Shown piece after piece: positions 50,179 to 60,127 of a stretch of 64,000 nt of DNA. A model generated the notes under the pieces. It had not been told where the DNA came from. It did not search any database and saw only the letters and a list, made by a program, of their open reading frames with translations. The first letter of the stretch is position 1. The number at the start of each line of letters is the position of its first letter. The DNA comes from Candidatus Binataceae bacterium. GTDB taxonomy: Bacteria > Desulfobacterota > Binatia > Binatales > Binataceae. Location of the stretch: the NCBI GenBank assembly GCA_035508495.1, contig DATJMX010000002.1, positions 91,487 through 155,486 on the forward strand. The letters are read 5' to 3'. Position numbers and translations under genes: made by a program.

Positions 50179-50521
50179 ACTCTTAAGATGTCATCTACTT
50201 TCCAAGAAAATGGGAAGAAAAAAGGGAAGGTCCAGAGCCGGTAGAGAAAAGATCATCATCCAGGGGCGGAACAAAGGGAAGAGAAACCCCGAAATAAAGC
50301 ACCGACCGCGATCAGCGCTATCACAAAGGGTATTTTCCTCGCGCGAGCAGTCCATCCCGAACGCGTCGCTTCGTATATGAGCGGCCCCCCCACATCCACA
50401 CAACCAACAGCGCGAAACAGACACCATCTTCATAGTGGATATAAGCCAGTCATTTGAGATCGGCTCGATGTTGACGTTGGTGCACGGCGGCGACGGATGC
50501 TCCGTCGCCGCCGCTCGATGC

Positions 50522-50899
50522 CTACTTGGCACTCGTGGTGAAGACTTCGAGGCGGTAGCCCTCGGGATCGATGGCGAAGGCGGCGTAATAGTTCTCGCCG
50601 TAGTCCTTGCGGATGCCGGGCTTGCCGTTGTCCTTGCCGCCCGCGTGCAGCGCGGCCTCGTAGAAACCGTTCACGTCGGCGCGGCTGTTGGCGTCGAAGC
50701 AGAAGTGCAGACCCGAGGCTGGGTCTGCCGGCACCGGGCTCCTCGCCGCTAGAATCCAGTACTCCGGCGAATCGGCACCGTAGCCCAGATACTCGCTGCC
50801 CTCGACCAGGCATTTGTACCCGAGCGGCTTCAACGCCGCATCATAGAATTTGCGCGCCCGCGCGATGTCCTTAACTCCGATCGATACGTGACTAAGCAT
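50522..50899 (-). CDS. VOC (glyoxalase/bleomycin-resistance) family protein
   Basis: MLSHVSIGVKDIARARKFY start and a paired beta-alpha-beta-beta-beta module signature. Confidence 0.8.
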   Translation of the reverse strand: MLSHVSIGVKDIARARKFYDAALKPLGYKCLVEGSEYLGYGADSPEYWILAARSPVPADPASGLHFCFDANSRADVNGFYEAALHAGGKDNGKPGIRKDYGENYYAAFAIDPEGYRLEVFTTSAK

Positions 50900-51000
50900 C
50901 GTCCTTCCCTCCGTTCTCGGGTGCTTCTAACTGGCTAGATAGTTAGATAGCCGAGCCGGAGCTTTATGTCAACCGCCAAGATGGTTAGAATGATCTCGAC

Positions 51001-51615
51001 ATGACGCGAAGCTCCGCCCGATCGATCGTTGTTCCCCGCCCCGATCTTTGTCTCAATTTCGCCAACACGCTCTTCTGGCGCGGCAGTACCAAGACCGAGA
51101 GCCTTCATCAGTTTTCGGATCTTCTCGAATGGTGCCGATCGTCGGGCGCAATGCCGCCCGAAATGCTGGACGAGTTGGCGCGATGGGCTTCGAAACATCC
51201 CGGCGGCGCCGCCGAGCTTTTCCGCGATGCGATCGAACTCCGCGAAACGATTTACCGCGTCTTCCTCAGCCTCGGTTCGGGCACAGCACCGGCCCCGACG
51301 GACCTACATGCTCTGAACGACGCGCTCGCCGATGCGCCGCCGCGCAGCAGCGTGGCCGCCGAGGCCGATTCATTCGGATGGCGCATCGAGATCGGCGCGC
51401 CGTCGGCTAGCTCGCTTCTCGCCGCGATATTGTGGTCGGCAGGCGATCTGATCGTCGGCTCGAATCGCGCCCGCATCCGTCATTGCGCCAATGACCGGTG
51501 CCTGTGGGTCTTCATCGACGACAGCAAGAACCAGAGCCGCCGCTGGTGCTCGATGGCTGCGTGCGGAAATCGCGCCAAGGCCCATCGCCACTATTTGCGC
51601 CAAAAGGGCGCGTAA
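51001..51615 (+). CDS. ABATE + CGNR zinc-finger domain protein (putative stress-responsive nucleic-acid-binding protein)
   Basis: C-terminal CANDRCLWVFIDDSKNQSRRWCSMAACGNRAKAHRHY. Confidence 0.75.
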   Translation: MTRSSARSIVVPRPDLCLNFANTLFWRGSTKTESLHQFSDLLEWCRSSGAMPPEMLDELARWASKHPGGAAELFRDAIELRETIYRVFLSLGSGTAPAPTDLHALNDALADAPPRSSVAAEADSFGWRIEIGAPSASSLLAAILWSAGDLIVGSNRARIRHCANDRCLWVFIDDSKNQSRRWCSMAACGNRAKAHRHYLRQKGA

Positions 51616-51775
51616 AGAGTGCAATCGATAGCGACAACACGCATTAGAAAAGTTCTAATTCGGACCTGAGAATCCATATATAGGCGATGAAGCGCGCTCC
51701 CGCTCGTGCTAAGTTGAGGGCGGCCGCGGCCGATAGCTCCAAGGAGCGAAGTCCGCCCGGCCGCTTGAGAGTCGA

Positions 51776-53155
51776 TTGGAACCTCGCATACTTGACCGCG
51801 CGGACCATCCGATTTCGCGCCGCGACATCGACCCGAACGTTCTAAAGGTCCTGTACCGGCTGATCGGCGCGGGCCACATCGCATACCTCGTCGGCGGCGG
51901 CGTGCGCGACCTGATGCTGTCGCGCCAGCCCAAGGATTTCGATGTCGGCACGTCGGCGCATCCGCAGCAGGTGCGCGATCTATTCCGCAACTCGCGGCTC
52001 ATCGGGCGCCGCTTCCGCCTGGTGCACGTCTTCTTCGGCTCACAGAATATCGAGGTCGCGACCTTCCGCCGGCCGAGTGAGGATCTCGCCGACGCCGCCG
52101 ATCCGCTGATTCGTCACGACAACACTTTCGGCACTCCCGAAGAGGATGCGTTCCGGCGCGACTTCACGGTCAACGCGCTCTTCTACGATCCGCAGACCTT
52201 TCGCGTGATCGATTTCAGCGGCGGCGTCGAGGATCTTGAGGCGCGATTGATTCGCTCGATCGGCGAGCCCGAGCTTCGCATGCGCGAGGATCCGGTGCGG
52301 ATGATGCGCGCGGTGCGCTTCGCGGCCAAGCTGGGCTTCGAGCTCGAGCCCGCCACGCGCGCCGCGATCGAACGGCATTGCGGCGACTTGACCAAAGCTT
52401 CGGTGCCGCGCCTGGTCGAGGAAACCTTCCGTACCATCGGCCAGCCGCAGGCCGCGTCGGCGCTCGCGATGATGGAAGAGCTCGGATTGCTCGAGCCGCT
52501 GCTGCCGTTTCTGTCGGAGCATCTGAAGAGCACGGCGTTCGATGATCGTGAAGCGCCGACGCTAACCAACCTGGCCGCGCTGGGACGGGCATTCTCGGGC
52601 GGCCTCGGGCCCGATCGTTCGACGATTCTCGCCGCGATGTTCCTGGATCTGTCGCGCGCGCAGGCCGATGCTGCTGAAGACGCCCGCCTCGATCTGCTCG
52701 GCGTGTTGCGCGCGCGCGGCTTCGCCCGCGGCGATACGGAGAACATGCGGCTGCTGCTCGACGCGTTCGCGCTCATGGTGACGCCGAATCGCCGCACGCG
52801 GCGGCTGTTGCGCCGTCCTTATTTTCACGAGGCGCGCCGCCTGTTCGAGATCTGCGCGCCGACCTATGGAATCGATGACGCACCTCTGCGGCGTTTCATT
52901 GCCGATCCTGATTCGATCCTCCAGCCGCAGCAGGCTGCGCCTGAAGGCGCCACCGCCGGAGGCCGCCGCAAGCGCCGTCGCCGCCGCCGCAGCAGGCATC
53001 GCGGCACGGGCGAAGCCCGCCTGATGCTCGAATCGCACGGCGTTGCTCCTCAAGCAGAAGCGAATGGTGGCGCATCGAGCAACGGCGCCTCTGCTCATCA
53101 TGCAAGCGCGGATTCATCGGAAACAGCATCGCGCGACCCGGATCATCACGATTGA
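51776..53155 (+). CDS. pcnB: Poly(A) polymerase I / polynucleotide adenylyltransferase
   Basis: LVGGGVRDLMLSRQPKDFDVGTSA nucleotidyltransferase motif, RLIGRRFRLVHV, and a basic Arg/Lys-rich C-tail. Confidence 0.75.
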   Translation: MEPRILDRADHPISRRDIDPNVLKVLYRLIGAGHIAYLVGGGVRDLMLSRQPKDFDVGTSAHPQQVRDLFRNSRLIGRRFRLVHVFFGSQNIEVATFRRPSEDLADAADPLIRHDNTFGTPEEDAFRRDFTVNALFYDPQTFRVIDFSGGVEDLEARLIRSIGEPELRMREDPVRMMRAVRFAAKLGFELEPATRAAIERHCGDLTKASVPRLVEETFRTIGQPQAASALAMMEELGLLEPLLPFLSEHLKSTAFDDREAPTLTNLAALGRAFSGGLGPDRSTILAAMFLDLSRAQADAAEDARLDLLGVLRARGFARGDTENMRLLLDAFALMVTPNRRTRRLLRRPYFHEARRLFEICAPTYGIDDAPLRRFIADPDSILQPQQAAPEGATAGGRRKRRRRRRSRHRGTGEARLMLESHGVAPQAEANGGASSNGASAHHASADSSETASRDPDHHD

Positions 53156-53251
53156 CCGAATTTATCGCCTTGTTCGGTAATCGGGCGTCTACTAACTTAC
53201 GAATCGAGCCGCGACCTGCGCGGTCTCAAAACTCCGCGAAAGAGGCATCCC

Positions 53252-54175
53252 TTGGCTGCGAACGGTCTAAGAACAGATAAGATCTGGATGGACGGCAACC
53301 TCGTTTCCTACGATGAGGCCACCGTCCACGTACTGACGCACAGCCTGCACTACGGCCTCGCGGTATTCGAAGGGATGCGCTGCTACAAGACCGACGACGG
53401 CCGCTCGGCGATGTTCCGCGCGCATGAGCATATCCGGCGCCTACTCGAATCGGCGCATATCGTCGAGATGCCGATTCCCTACAGCGGCGAGGAGCTGGTC
53501 AAGGCCTGCGCCGACGTGATTCGCGTCAACAAGCTCGCCGAATGCTACCTGCGGCCGCTCGCGTTCTATGGCGAAGGCGAGATGGGCCTGTCGGCGCGCG
53601 GCAACAAGACGCGCGTTTCAATCGCGGCCTGGCCATGGGGCGCGTATCTGGGCGAGGACAGCGACAAGGGCGTGCGCCTCAAGACCTCGTCGTTCGTGCG
53701 GTTCCATCACAATTCGATGATGCCGGCGGCGAAGGTCTCTGGGCATTACGTCAATTCGATCCTCGCCGGCTACGAGGCGCGCCGCAACGGCTATGACGAA
53801 GCGCTCCTGCTCGACACGCAGGGCTTCGTCGCCGAGGGCAGCGGCGAGAATGTGTTCGTCATCCGCGACGCTGTCGTCAGGACGCCGCCGCTCACCTCGA
53901 TCCTGGGCGGTATCACGCGCGACGCCGTGATGCGGATCCTCAAGGACCAGGGCGTCGAGGTCCGCGAGGAGTACTTCGCGCGCGACGCATTCTATATCGG
54001 TGATGAGGCTTTCATGACCGGTACGGCGGCCGAAGTGACGCCGGTGGTCGAGCTCGACGATCGGCGCATCGGCACCGGCAAGCCCGGGCCGATCACACAA
54101 AAAGTCCGCGCCACCTTCGATGCCGCACTGCGCGGCCGCGAATCGCGTTATCGCGAGTGGCTTTATTACGTTTGA
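53252..54175 (+). CDS. ilvE: Branched-chain amino acid aminotransferase
   Basis: Fold-type IV PLP enzyme motifs (LHYGLAVFEGMRCY, EVTPV). Confidence 0.85.
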   Translation: MAANGLRTDKIWMDGNLVSYDEATVHVLTHSLHYGLAVFEGMRCYKTDDGRSAMFRAHEHIRRLLESAHIVEMPIPYSGEELVKACADVIRVNKLAECYLRPLAFYGEGEMGLSARGNKTRVSIAAWPWGAYLGEDSDKGVRLKTSSFVRFHHNSMMPAAKVSGHYVNSILAGYEARRNGYDEALLLDTQGFVAEGSGENVFVIRDAVVRTPPLTSILGGITRDAVMRILKDQGVEVREEYFARDAFYIGDEAFMTGTAAEVTPVVELDDRRIGTGKPGPITQKVRATFDAALRGRESRYREWLYYV

Positions 54176-54223
54176 GGGAACCATTCGGCCTCGCGCCGCG
54201 TTGATGTCGCGAGGATCTATTCT

Positions 54224-54829
54224 ATGAAGATGATTTCCCTGCTGATATTCGCCGCCGCAGTCGTCGTCCTAGTCCTCGCGATGCGCCCGAAGCGCGCCTC
54301 TGCCGATCTCCTCAAGGAAGGGCAGTTCGCGCCCCCGTTCGCGACCCAGATGGTCACGGGCGAGCAAGTCTCTCCTGTTTCGCTCGCCGATTTTCACGGC
54401 AAGCGCGTCATCCTTTATTTCTATCCGAAGGACAACACGCCGGGATGCACCAAGGAGGCGTGCTCGTTTCGCGATGGCTACGCGAAGTTCCAGCAGGCCG
54501 GGCTCGTGGTGCTGGGATGCTCGATTGACACAGCCGACTCGCACAAGGCGTTTATCCAGAAGTACGGCCTACCCTTTCCGCTCCTGCTCGATCCCGACAA
54601 GAAGATCGCCAAGGAATACGGCGCCGCCAATGGCATCCCAATCCTGGGCTTGGATCGTCGCATCACCTATGTGATCGGCGAAGACGGCCGCGTCCTGAAG
54701 GTCTATCCCAACGTCGATCCGTCGATACACTCAGGAGAGATCCTGAGCGACCTGAGCAAGCTGCCACCACCGGCTGCAACTACGCCTGCAACAGACGCAT
54801 CCCCAGCCAGCGCGCCTCCATCGAATTGA
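54224..54829 (+). CDS. bcp: Membrane-anchored Bcp-type peroxiredoxin (AhpC/TSA family)
   Basis: N-terminal TM, then FYPKDNTPGCTKEACSFRD with the peroxidatic Cys, and a Pro/Ala/Thr-rich tail. Confidence 0.8.
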   Translation: MKMISLLIFAAAVVVLVLAMRPKRASADLLKEGQFAPPFATQMVTGEQVSPVSLADFHGKRVILYFYPKDNTPGCTKEACSFRDGYAKFQQAGLVVLGCSIDTADSHKAFIQKYGLPFPLLLDPDKKIAKEYGAANGIPILGLDRRITYVIGEDGRVLKVYPNVDPSIHSGEILSDLSKLPPPAATTPATDASPASAPPSN

Positions 54830-54883
54830 TACGCGGCAGGCCGGGCGCTGGCGCCTTCCTTATTTGATACACCCCCGACACCA

Positions 54884-56071
54884 TCACCAAACGCCGGTTC
54901 CTGGAGGCAGCCCCAGCAGCACTCGCCCCGCGGCCTCATACATCGCGGGCTGCACGGTGACGTGCGCGCCGACGATATGCGCGTCGCGGAAGCATCGCTC
55001 GAGCGGGCTCGACTCGTGGATAGCAGTGGCGCCGCCAGCAGTGAACATCAGATCAACCGCCTGAGTGCAGCGATGGACCGCATCGACCGCCGCCAGATGC
55101 GCAACCGCGCGTTGCTCGTGCGATACCGCCTCGCCGCTCGCGAGGCATTGCCAGACTTGATCTACGGTCTGGTAAAGAAAGGCGCTCGCCGAGCGTGCGA
55201 TCGCCTCGGCGCGGGCGACATCGGTCTGAATCGCGATTCGCTCGCGGATTGGATGCGCGGAAAAAACCGCTTTCTTGGACTGCGCGAGATCTTTGAGCGC
55301 CTCGATCGCGTGGCGCGCGATACCGATCGCGATCGCAGCCTTGGCGAAGGCATAAGTCACCAGCATCGGGCATCGATAGAGCGCGCCCGTCTCGACCGGA
55401 GATCGATCGAAACCCATCGGCGCGGCGAATCCTTCACCGATGAAGGCGTCCTCGATCATGTAATCGTGACTGCCCGTACCGCGCATCCCCGTGACGCGCC
55501 ACGTGTCGAGAATCTTGATGTCAGCGGGGCGGACCGCGACTCCGTAGAGTTCGGGCAAGCCATTGGGTCCGGCCACGAACGCGCCGGCCTCATGGCAGAT
55601 CGCGCCAACGATGAACACGTCGGCCTGTTGGCATCCGCTGCCGAAATGCCACCGTCCGGTGAGGCGAAAGCCGCCCTCGACGCGTCGCAACTGTCCCGGC
55701 GGACTCACACTGCCCGCGATAATCGCCCGCGGAATCGACGCGATGAGCTTGCGCGCGTTGGGAGCGCCGAGAAAGCCGCCCCATACACCGAGATCGAACG
55801 CGATCATCACGTTCCATCCGGTCGCACCGTCGGCGTAGCTGAGTTCCTCGATCGCCCGCAGCGCATCGCCAAGCGGCGTCTCGAGTCCGCCGAGCGCGGC
55901 CGGCGTACCCATAGCGAGGAGCCCGCGCGCTCGGAGCGCATCGACAACAGGCGTCGCCAGCCTCCGCCCTCTTTCGGTTTCATCAGCATGCTCGCGAACC
56001 AGCGGCCCCAACTCGCGCGCCGCCGCCACGACCGAAGTGTTACGACTACCCATCGGACTTCTCCTCTTCAC
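54884..56071 (-). CDS. Acyl-CoA dehydrogenase-like flavoprotein
   Basis: ACAD-fold middle beta-barrel and C-terminal helical domain, with a non-canonical active-site region. Confidence 0.65.
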   Translation of the reverse strand: MKRRSPMGSRNTSVVAAARELGPLVREHADETERGRRLATPVVDALRARGLLAMGTPAALGGLETPLGDALRAIEELSYADGATGWNVMIAFDLGVWGGFLGAPNARKLIASIPRAIIAGSVSPPGQLRRVEGGFRLTGRWHFGSGCQQADVFIVGAICHEAGAFVAGPNGLPELYGVAVRPADIKILDTWRVTGMRGTGSHDYMIEDAFIGEGFAAPMGFDRSPVETGALYRCPMLVTYAFAKAAIAIGIARHAIEALKDLAQSKKAVFSAHPIRERIAIQTDVARAEAIARSASAFLYQTVDQVWQCLASGEAVSHEQRAVAHLAAVDAVHRCTQAVDLMFTAGGATAIHESSPLERCFRDAHIVGAHVTVQPAMYEAAGRVLLGLPPGTGVW

Positions 56072-56123
56072 GGCTCGATCCTACAGATAACACTTCGCAT
56101 GCCGATTCCCATTACTTCGCTGG

Positions 56124-56834
56124 TCATGGTTGCTCGGGCATTACGACGTCCGGTGAGTAGCCGAGGCTGGTCGCGAGCATGACTGCAGCCGCGGCGATCG
56201 TCGGCGCATCCTGGGTGCGATTGATTAGTTCGGCGAGTCCTTGCACGTGTGCATCGAGCGATCCGAAGGCGTCAGAGTCGAAGAGCGCGTCTATCAGTCG
56301 ATTCGGATCGTAGCCTGATTCCGCGAGGGCCTCGCGCCGGGCGCATCGCCAAAACTCGCGCGGCTCGATTCGTTCGAAATCGACCAGCGCCGCGATGCGC
56401 TCTCGAAAAATCGGGAGCAGAGTCGAATATCGAGCGATCGCATCGAGATGCACGGCCGTGTCCTGCGAGGTGAGGAAATCATTCACCGTTGATTCCTCGC
56501 CACAAACGCCGAGCGAGCCTGTTGCCGGTTCGATCTTGATGAATCGCTCCAATGATCCATTGCGCTCGAGGCCGAGCGGATAGAGCCGGCATGCGAGCGG
56601 GCGGCCGCGATGAACACCGCATCGAACCCCGTCGAGCGCGACGCATCGGCCGTCATCGCCGAACTTCAGAATCGCGCCGCGCCGAATCGTGAATCGTCGC
56701 ACCGCCTCCGCCGTGGAGATTGCCGCGGCGCGAGCTAACCGCGTCACGTCATAAGGTGAAAGCGTGATCACTTTCTCGCGGCAGCATCGCCCGCAGGCAT
56801 TGCATACGTAGGAGAATGGACTCTGCCGATTCAC
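56124..56834 (-). CDS. YkgJ-family cysteine-cluster (putative Zn/Fe-chelating) protein
   Basis: CNACGRCCREKV N-terminal Cys cluster and a CVALDGVRCGVHRGRPLACRLYP second cluster. Confidence 0.65.
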   Translation of the reverse strand: MNRQSPFSYVCNACGRCCREKVITLSPYDVTRLARAAAISTAEAVRRFTIRRGAILKFGDDGRCVALDGVRCGVHRGRPLACRLYPLGLERNGSLERFIKIEPATGSLGVCGEESTVNDFLTSQDTAVHLDAIARYSTLLPIFRERIAALVDFERIEPREFWRCARREALAESGYDPNRLIDALFDSDAFGSLDAHVQGLAELINRTQDAPTIAAAAVMLATSLGYSPDVVMPEQP

Positions 56835-57037
56835 GTAAGAACCATACGATCCGAGTCACGCAAAGATGAAGAAACCACAAAGACCCGAAGAGCACTAAGA
56901 AATCCTGCTTCTGATCTTCGTGCGCTTAGTGTCTTGGTGGTTCTCTTCTGCCTGCCTCCCTGCTACTCAAAGCGATTGGTCTGCGATACGATCGGGGTTC
57001 GCCTGATCACGCAATTTACGGGGAGCGATCCGACAAG

Positions 57038-58225
57038 ATGGATTTTAACTATTCGGCCGAACAGGAAGCCTACCGCATGCAGGTCCGCAGCTGGCTCGAG
57101 GAGAACAAGCCTCAAGCTCTTGGCCGCGGCGATGACGTCGAGTCCACTGGCGACGAGGCCCAGTGGGAGCGCCTCAAGGCCTGGCACAAGAAGCTTTATC
57201 ACGCGGGATGGGCGGGGCTGACCTGGCCCAAGGAATACGGCGGGCGCGGCGCGACCTTTGTCGAGCAGGTGATCTTTCAGCAGGAGCTCGGCCGCCTGAA
57301 TCTGCCGATGGGATGCAACGTGCTGGGCGTGATCATGAATGGCCCGGCGCTTATGCAGTGGGGCACCGAGGAGCAGAAGAAGCGCTACCTGCAGCCGATC
57401 CTCGCCGGCGATGAAATCTGGTGCGAAGGAATGTCGGAGCCGGGCGCCGGGTCGGACCTTGCCTCGATCCAGACGCGCGCCGAGCTCAAGGGCGACGAGT
57501 TCATCGTCAACGGCCAGAAGGTCTGGACGACGATCGCGCATCGCTCGCATTTCTGTCAGCTCTTCGTGCGCACCGATCCCGACGCGCCCAAGCACAAGGG
57601 CATGAGCGCGCTCATCGTCGATATGCGGAGCCCCGGTCTCACGGTGCGGCCGCTCAAGCAGATCACCGGCGACGCCGAGTTCAACGAAATCTTTCTCGAA
57701 GACGTACACGTGCCGAAGGAGAACCTGCTCGGCCCGGTGAACGCCGGATGGCAGGTCCTGGTCGCGACGCTGATGCATGAGCGATTCGGCATCGGCGAGA
57801 CGATCGGCGGCACCGAAGCGATCCTGCGTCAGCTAATCGACGTCGCGAAGAAGGTGCAGTTGGGCGGCAAGCCAGCGATCGAAAATCCTGACGTGCGCCA
57901 GCAGATCGCGCAATTCGCGACCGAGGCTATGGCGAAGAAGTATAACGGCATGCGCAGTCTGACCAAGCGTTTGAAGGGCCAGCTTCCCGGGGCCGAGGCG
58001 TCGATCTCCAAGCTCATATCGACGGACCTCTCGCAGCGGATGACCAAGTACATCACGCGCTTGATGCCGATGTACGCGATCCTCGATCGACACACGCCTT
58101 TCGCGCCCGATGGCGATTGGGCGCGGCGCATCCTGGCGTCTGAATCGATGACGATCGCGGGCGGCACGTCTCCCGTGCAGAAGAACATGATCGGCGAGCG
58201 AGTCCTCCAGCTTCCCAAGGGCTGA
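57038..58225 (+). CDS. Acyl-CoA dehydrogenase
   Basis: MDFNYSAEQEAYR start and EPGAGSDLASIQT; canonical ACAD. Confidence 0.8.
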   Translation: MDFNYSAEQEAYRMQVRSWLEENKPQALGRGDDVESTGDEAQWERLKAWHKKLYHAGWAGLTWPKEYGGRGATFVEQVIFQQELGRLNLPMGCNVLGVIMNGPALMQWGTEEQKKRYLQPILAGDEIWCEGMSEPGAGSDLASIQTRAELKGDEFIVNGQKVWTTIAHRSHFCQLFVRTDPDAPKHKGMSALIVDMRSPGLTVRPLKQITGDAEFNEIFLEDVHVPKENLLGPVNAGWQVLVATLMHERFGIGETIGGTEAILRQLIDVAKKVQLGGKPAIENPDVRQQIAQFATEAMAKKYNGMRSLTKRLKGQLPGAEASISKLISTDLSQRMTKYITRLMPMYAILDRHTPFAPDGDWARRILASESMTIAGGTSPVQKNMIGERVLQLPKG

Positions 58226-58248
58226 CACGAATCGGATATTGTTAATGG

Positions 58249-58282
58249 AAGGGCGGCCCTGAATCGGGCCGCCCTTTTTTTC
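58249..58282 (+). terminator. Rho-independent terminator (GGGCGGCCC-tgaatc-GGGCCGCCC-TTTTTTT)
   Basis: Read directly; immediately after the ACAD stop. Confidence 0.7.
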
Positions 58283-58382
58283 ATCTTATCGCGAACAGCA
58301 CGATCTATCGCTGAGCAATCGCATTTCAATTGTGCATATTTTTTGCTTGTCTCCGTGAGAACGTGCGATTTTGGCGCTCATA

Positions 58383-58396
58383 GGGCCAAGGTTTGC
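58383..58396 (+). promoter_or_regulatory. Weak sigma-54-like -24/-12 element (GG-N10-GC: AGGGCCAAGGTTTGC) in an AT-rich leader ~60 nt upstream of amt
   Basis: GG at 58383-84 and TTTGC ending at 58396. The match to TGGCAC-N5-TTGCW is only partial. Confidence 0.25.
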
Positions 58397-58455
58397 CGTT
58401 TCTATATGCATATGCCGACCTAATAAGCGGCAATTAGTTTTCGCGGGAGGTTGAG

Positions 58456-59805
58456 ATGATCGCAGGTAGGAAAGGCGGCATCAGAGCCGCAATGTTGCCG
58501 CTCGGGATTTTGCCACTGCTCGGGCTCGCCTCGAGCGCCCACGCCGAGCTTCCGGCCGCACCGCAGATTGGCAATATCGAAGGCTCGGACACCGCGTGGC
58601 TGCTGGTCTCGGCCGCGCTCGTCCTGATGATGACGATTCCGGGTCTCGCGCTTTTCTACGGCGGGATGGTGCGGCGCAAGAACGTGCTCTCGATCTTGAT
58701 GCAGAGCTTCATTCTGGTCGGGCTCGTCTCGATTCAGTGGATCATCTTCGGCTACAGCCTCGCGTTCGCTCCCGGCAGCGCGATCATCGGCGCGCTTTCA
58801 TGGGTCGGTCTCGCGGGCGTCAGCGCCGTTCATCCCTACGCCGCTTACTCCGCGACCGTGCCGCATCAAGCCTACATGATCTACCAATGCATGTTCGCCG
58901 TGATCACGCCGGCGCTAATCACGGGCGCGATCGCCGAGCGGATGTCGTTCAAGGGCTTCCTGCTTTTCAGCCTGCTATGGACAACGCTCATCTACGATCC
59001 GCTCGCGCATTGGGTGTGGGGCGTCGACGGATGGATTCACAGGATGGGCGCGCTCGATTTCGCTGGCGGCACCGTCGTTCACATCTCGTCGGGCGCCGCC
59101 GCGCTCGCGGGCGCGCTGCTGGTCGGCAAGCGCAAGGGATTCATGCGCGAGCCGATGCCACCGCATAACCTGACGCTCACGATCACTGGCGCTGGCCTTT
59201 TGTGGGTCGGATGGTTCGGCTTCAACGCCGGCAGCTCGCTGGCAGCCAACGGCCTCGCCGTATCCGCCTTCGTCGCGACGCACATGGGCGCCGCCGCCGC
59301 GACACTCTCATGGGTATTCGCCGAGTGGATGATCCTCGGCAAGCCAACGACGCTCGGTGCGGCGAGCGGCGCAGTCGCGGGCCTCGTCGCGATCACACCG
59401 GCATCGGGGTACGTCGGCCCGATTCCCGCCGTGATCATCGGGATGATCGCCGGCGTCGTCTGCTTCTCGGCGGTCAGGATGAAGACGCGCTTCGGCTATG
59501 ACGACGCGCTCGATGTGGTCGGCGTGCACATGGTCGGCGGCATTCTGGGCGCGGTACTGACCGGCTTCTTCGCGAGCCTCGCAGTCAACGCCGCCGGCGC
59601 CGACGGCCTGTTCTTCGGCAACCCGCACCAGGTGATTGTTCAGCTGATCGCGGTCGCTTCGAGCGTGCTGTTCTCGTTTATCGGCAGCTCGATCCTGCTC
59701 AAGGTCACCGACATGCTGGTTGGAATCCGCGTCGATGCGGAGTCGGAGCAAATCGGCCTCGATCTCACCGAGCACGAAGAGAGCGCCTACGCCTTCGAAG
59801 CCTGA
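58456..59805 (+). CDS. amt: Ammonium transporter
   Basis: Signal peptide, 11 TM, Amt signature regions (DFAGGTVVHISSGAAALAGALLVGKR; twin-His region). Confidence 0.9.
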   Translation: MIAGRKGGIRAAMLPLGILPLLGLASSAHAELPAAPQIGNIEGSDTAWLLVSAALVLMMTIPGLALFYGGMVRRKNVLSILMQSFILVGLVSIQWIIFGYSLAFAPGSAIIGALSWVGLAGVSAVHPYAAYSATVPHQAYMIYQCMFAVITPALITGAIAERMSFKGFLLFSLLWTTLIYDPLAHWVWGVDGWIHRMGALDFAGGTVVHISSGAAALAGALLVGKRKGFMREPMPPHNLTLTITGAGLLWVGWFGFNAGSSLAANGLAVSAFVATHMGAAAATLSWVFAEWMILGKPTTLGAASGAVAGLVAITPASGYVGPIPAVIIGMIAGVVCFSAVRMKTRFGYDDALDVVGVHMVGGILGAVLTGFFASLAVNAAGADGLFFGNPHQVIVQLIAVASSVLFSFIGSSILLKVTDMLVGIRVDAESEQIGLDLTEHEESAYAFEA

Positions 59806-59822
59806 GGTTCGATTCGAGTGCC

Positions 59823-59868
59823 AAAAAAAGAGGGCGGTGTCATCGCGACGCCGCCCTCTTTCGTTTTC
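59823..59868. terminator. Bidirectional intrinsic terminator (A-run, AGAGGGCGGTGTC-atcgc-GACGCCGCCCTCT, T-run)
   Basis: Read directly; lies between convergent amt and a small - strand gene. Confidence 0.6.
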
Positions 59869-59881
59869 TGACGCCTTCGAT

Positions 59882-60127
59882 TTAGCGCTGCATCACCTGG
59901 AACAGGATCGGACCCGCCTCGGCCATCAGCTCGCCGACTACCTCGTGCAGCGGCTTGCTCGGCAGCGCGAGTTTTTCAGTAAGTGATCGCATGATGAGCA
60001 GGTAGCGCTCTTTGAATTCGGGCTGAATCGTCTCGAGCCGGACTTCTTCCATCACCTCGATGAAGCGGCGATGAACCTCGACGATCTCGATATCGACCGG
60101 GTCGGTAAACTTCTTCTGACGCGCCAT
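59882..60127 (-). CDS. Small hypothetical protein (81 aa)
   Basis: ORF with a plausible coding composition. I recognise no family. Confidence 0.4.
   Translation of the reverse strand: MARQKKFTDPVDIEIVEVHRRFIEVMEEVRLETIQPEFKERYLLIMRSLTEKLALPSKPLHEVVGELMAEAGPILFQVMQR

Noticed and set aside
50191-50532. 113-aa minus-strand ORF in the purine-rich island
   Set aside because: The Cys/Phe/Leu/Trp-rich translation comes from a pyrimidine-rich strand and has no RBS or motifs. It is probably not coding.
58226-58455. glnK gene expected upstream of amt
   Set aside because: There are only 230 bp, with no ORF present. Downstream is a convergent unrelated small gene.
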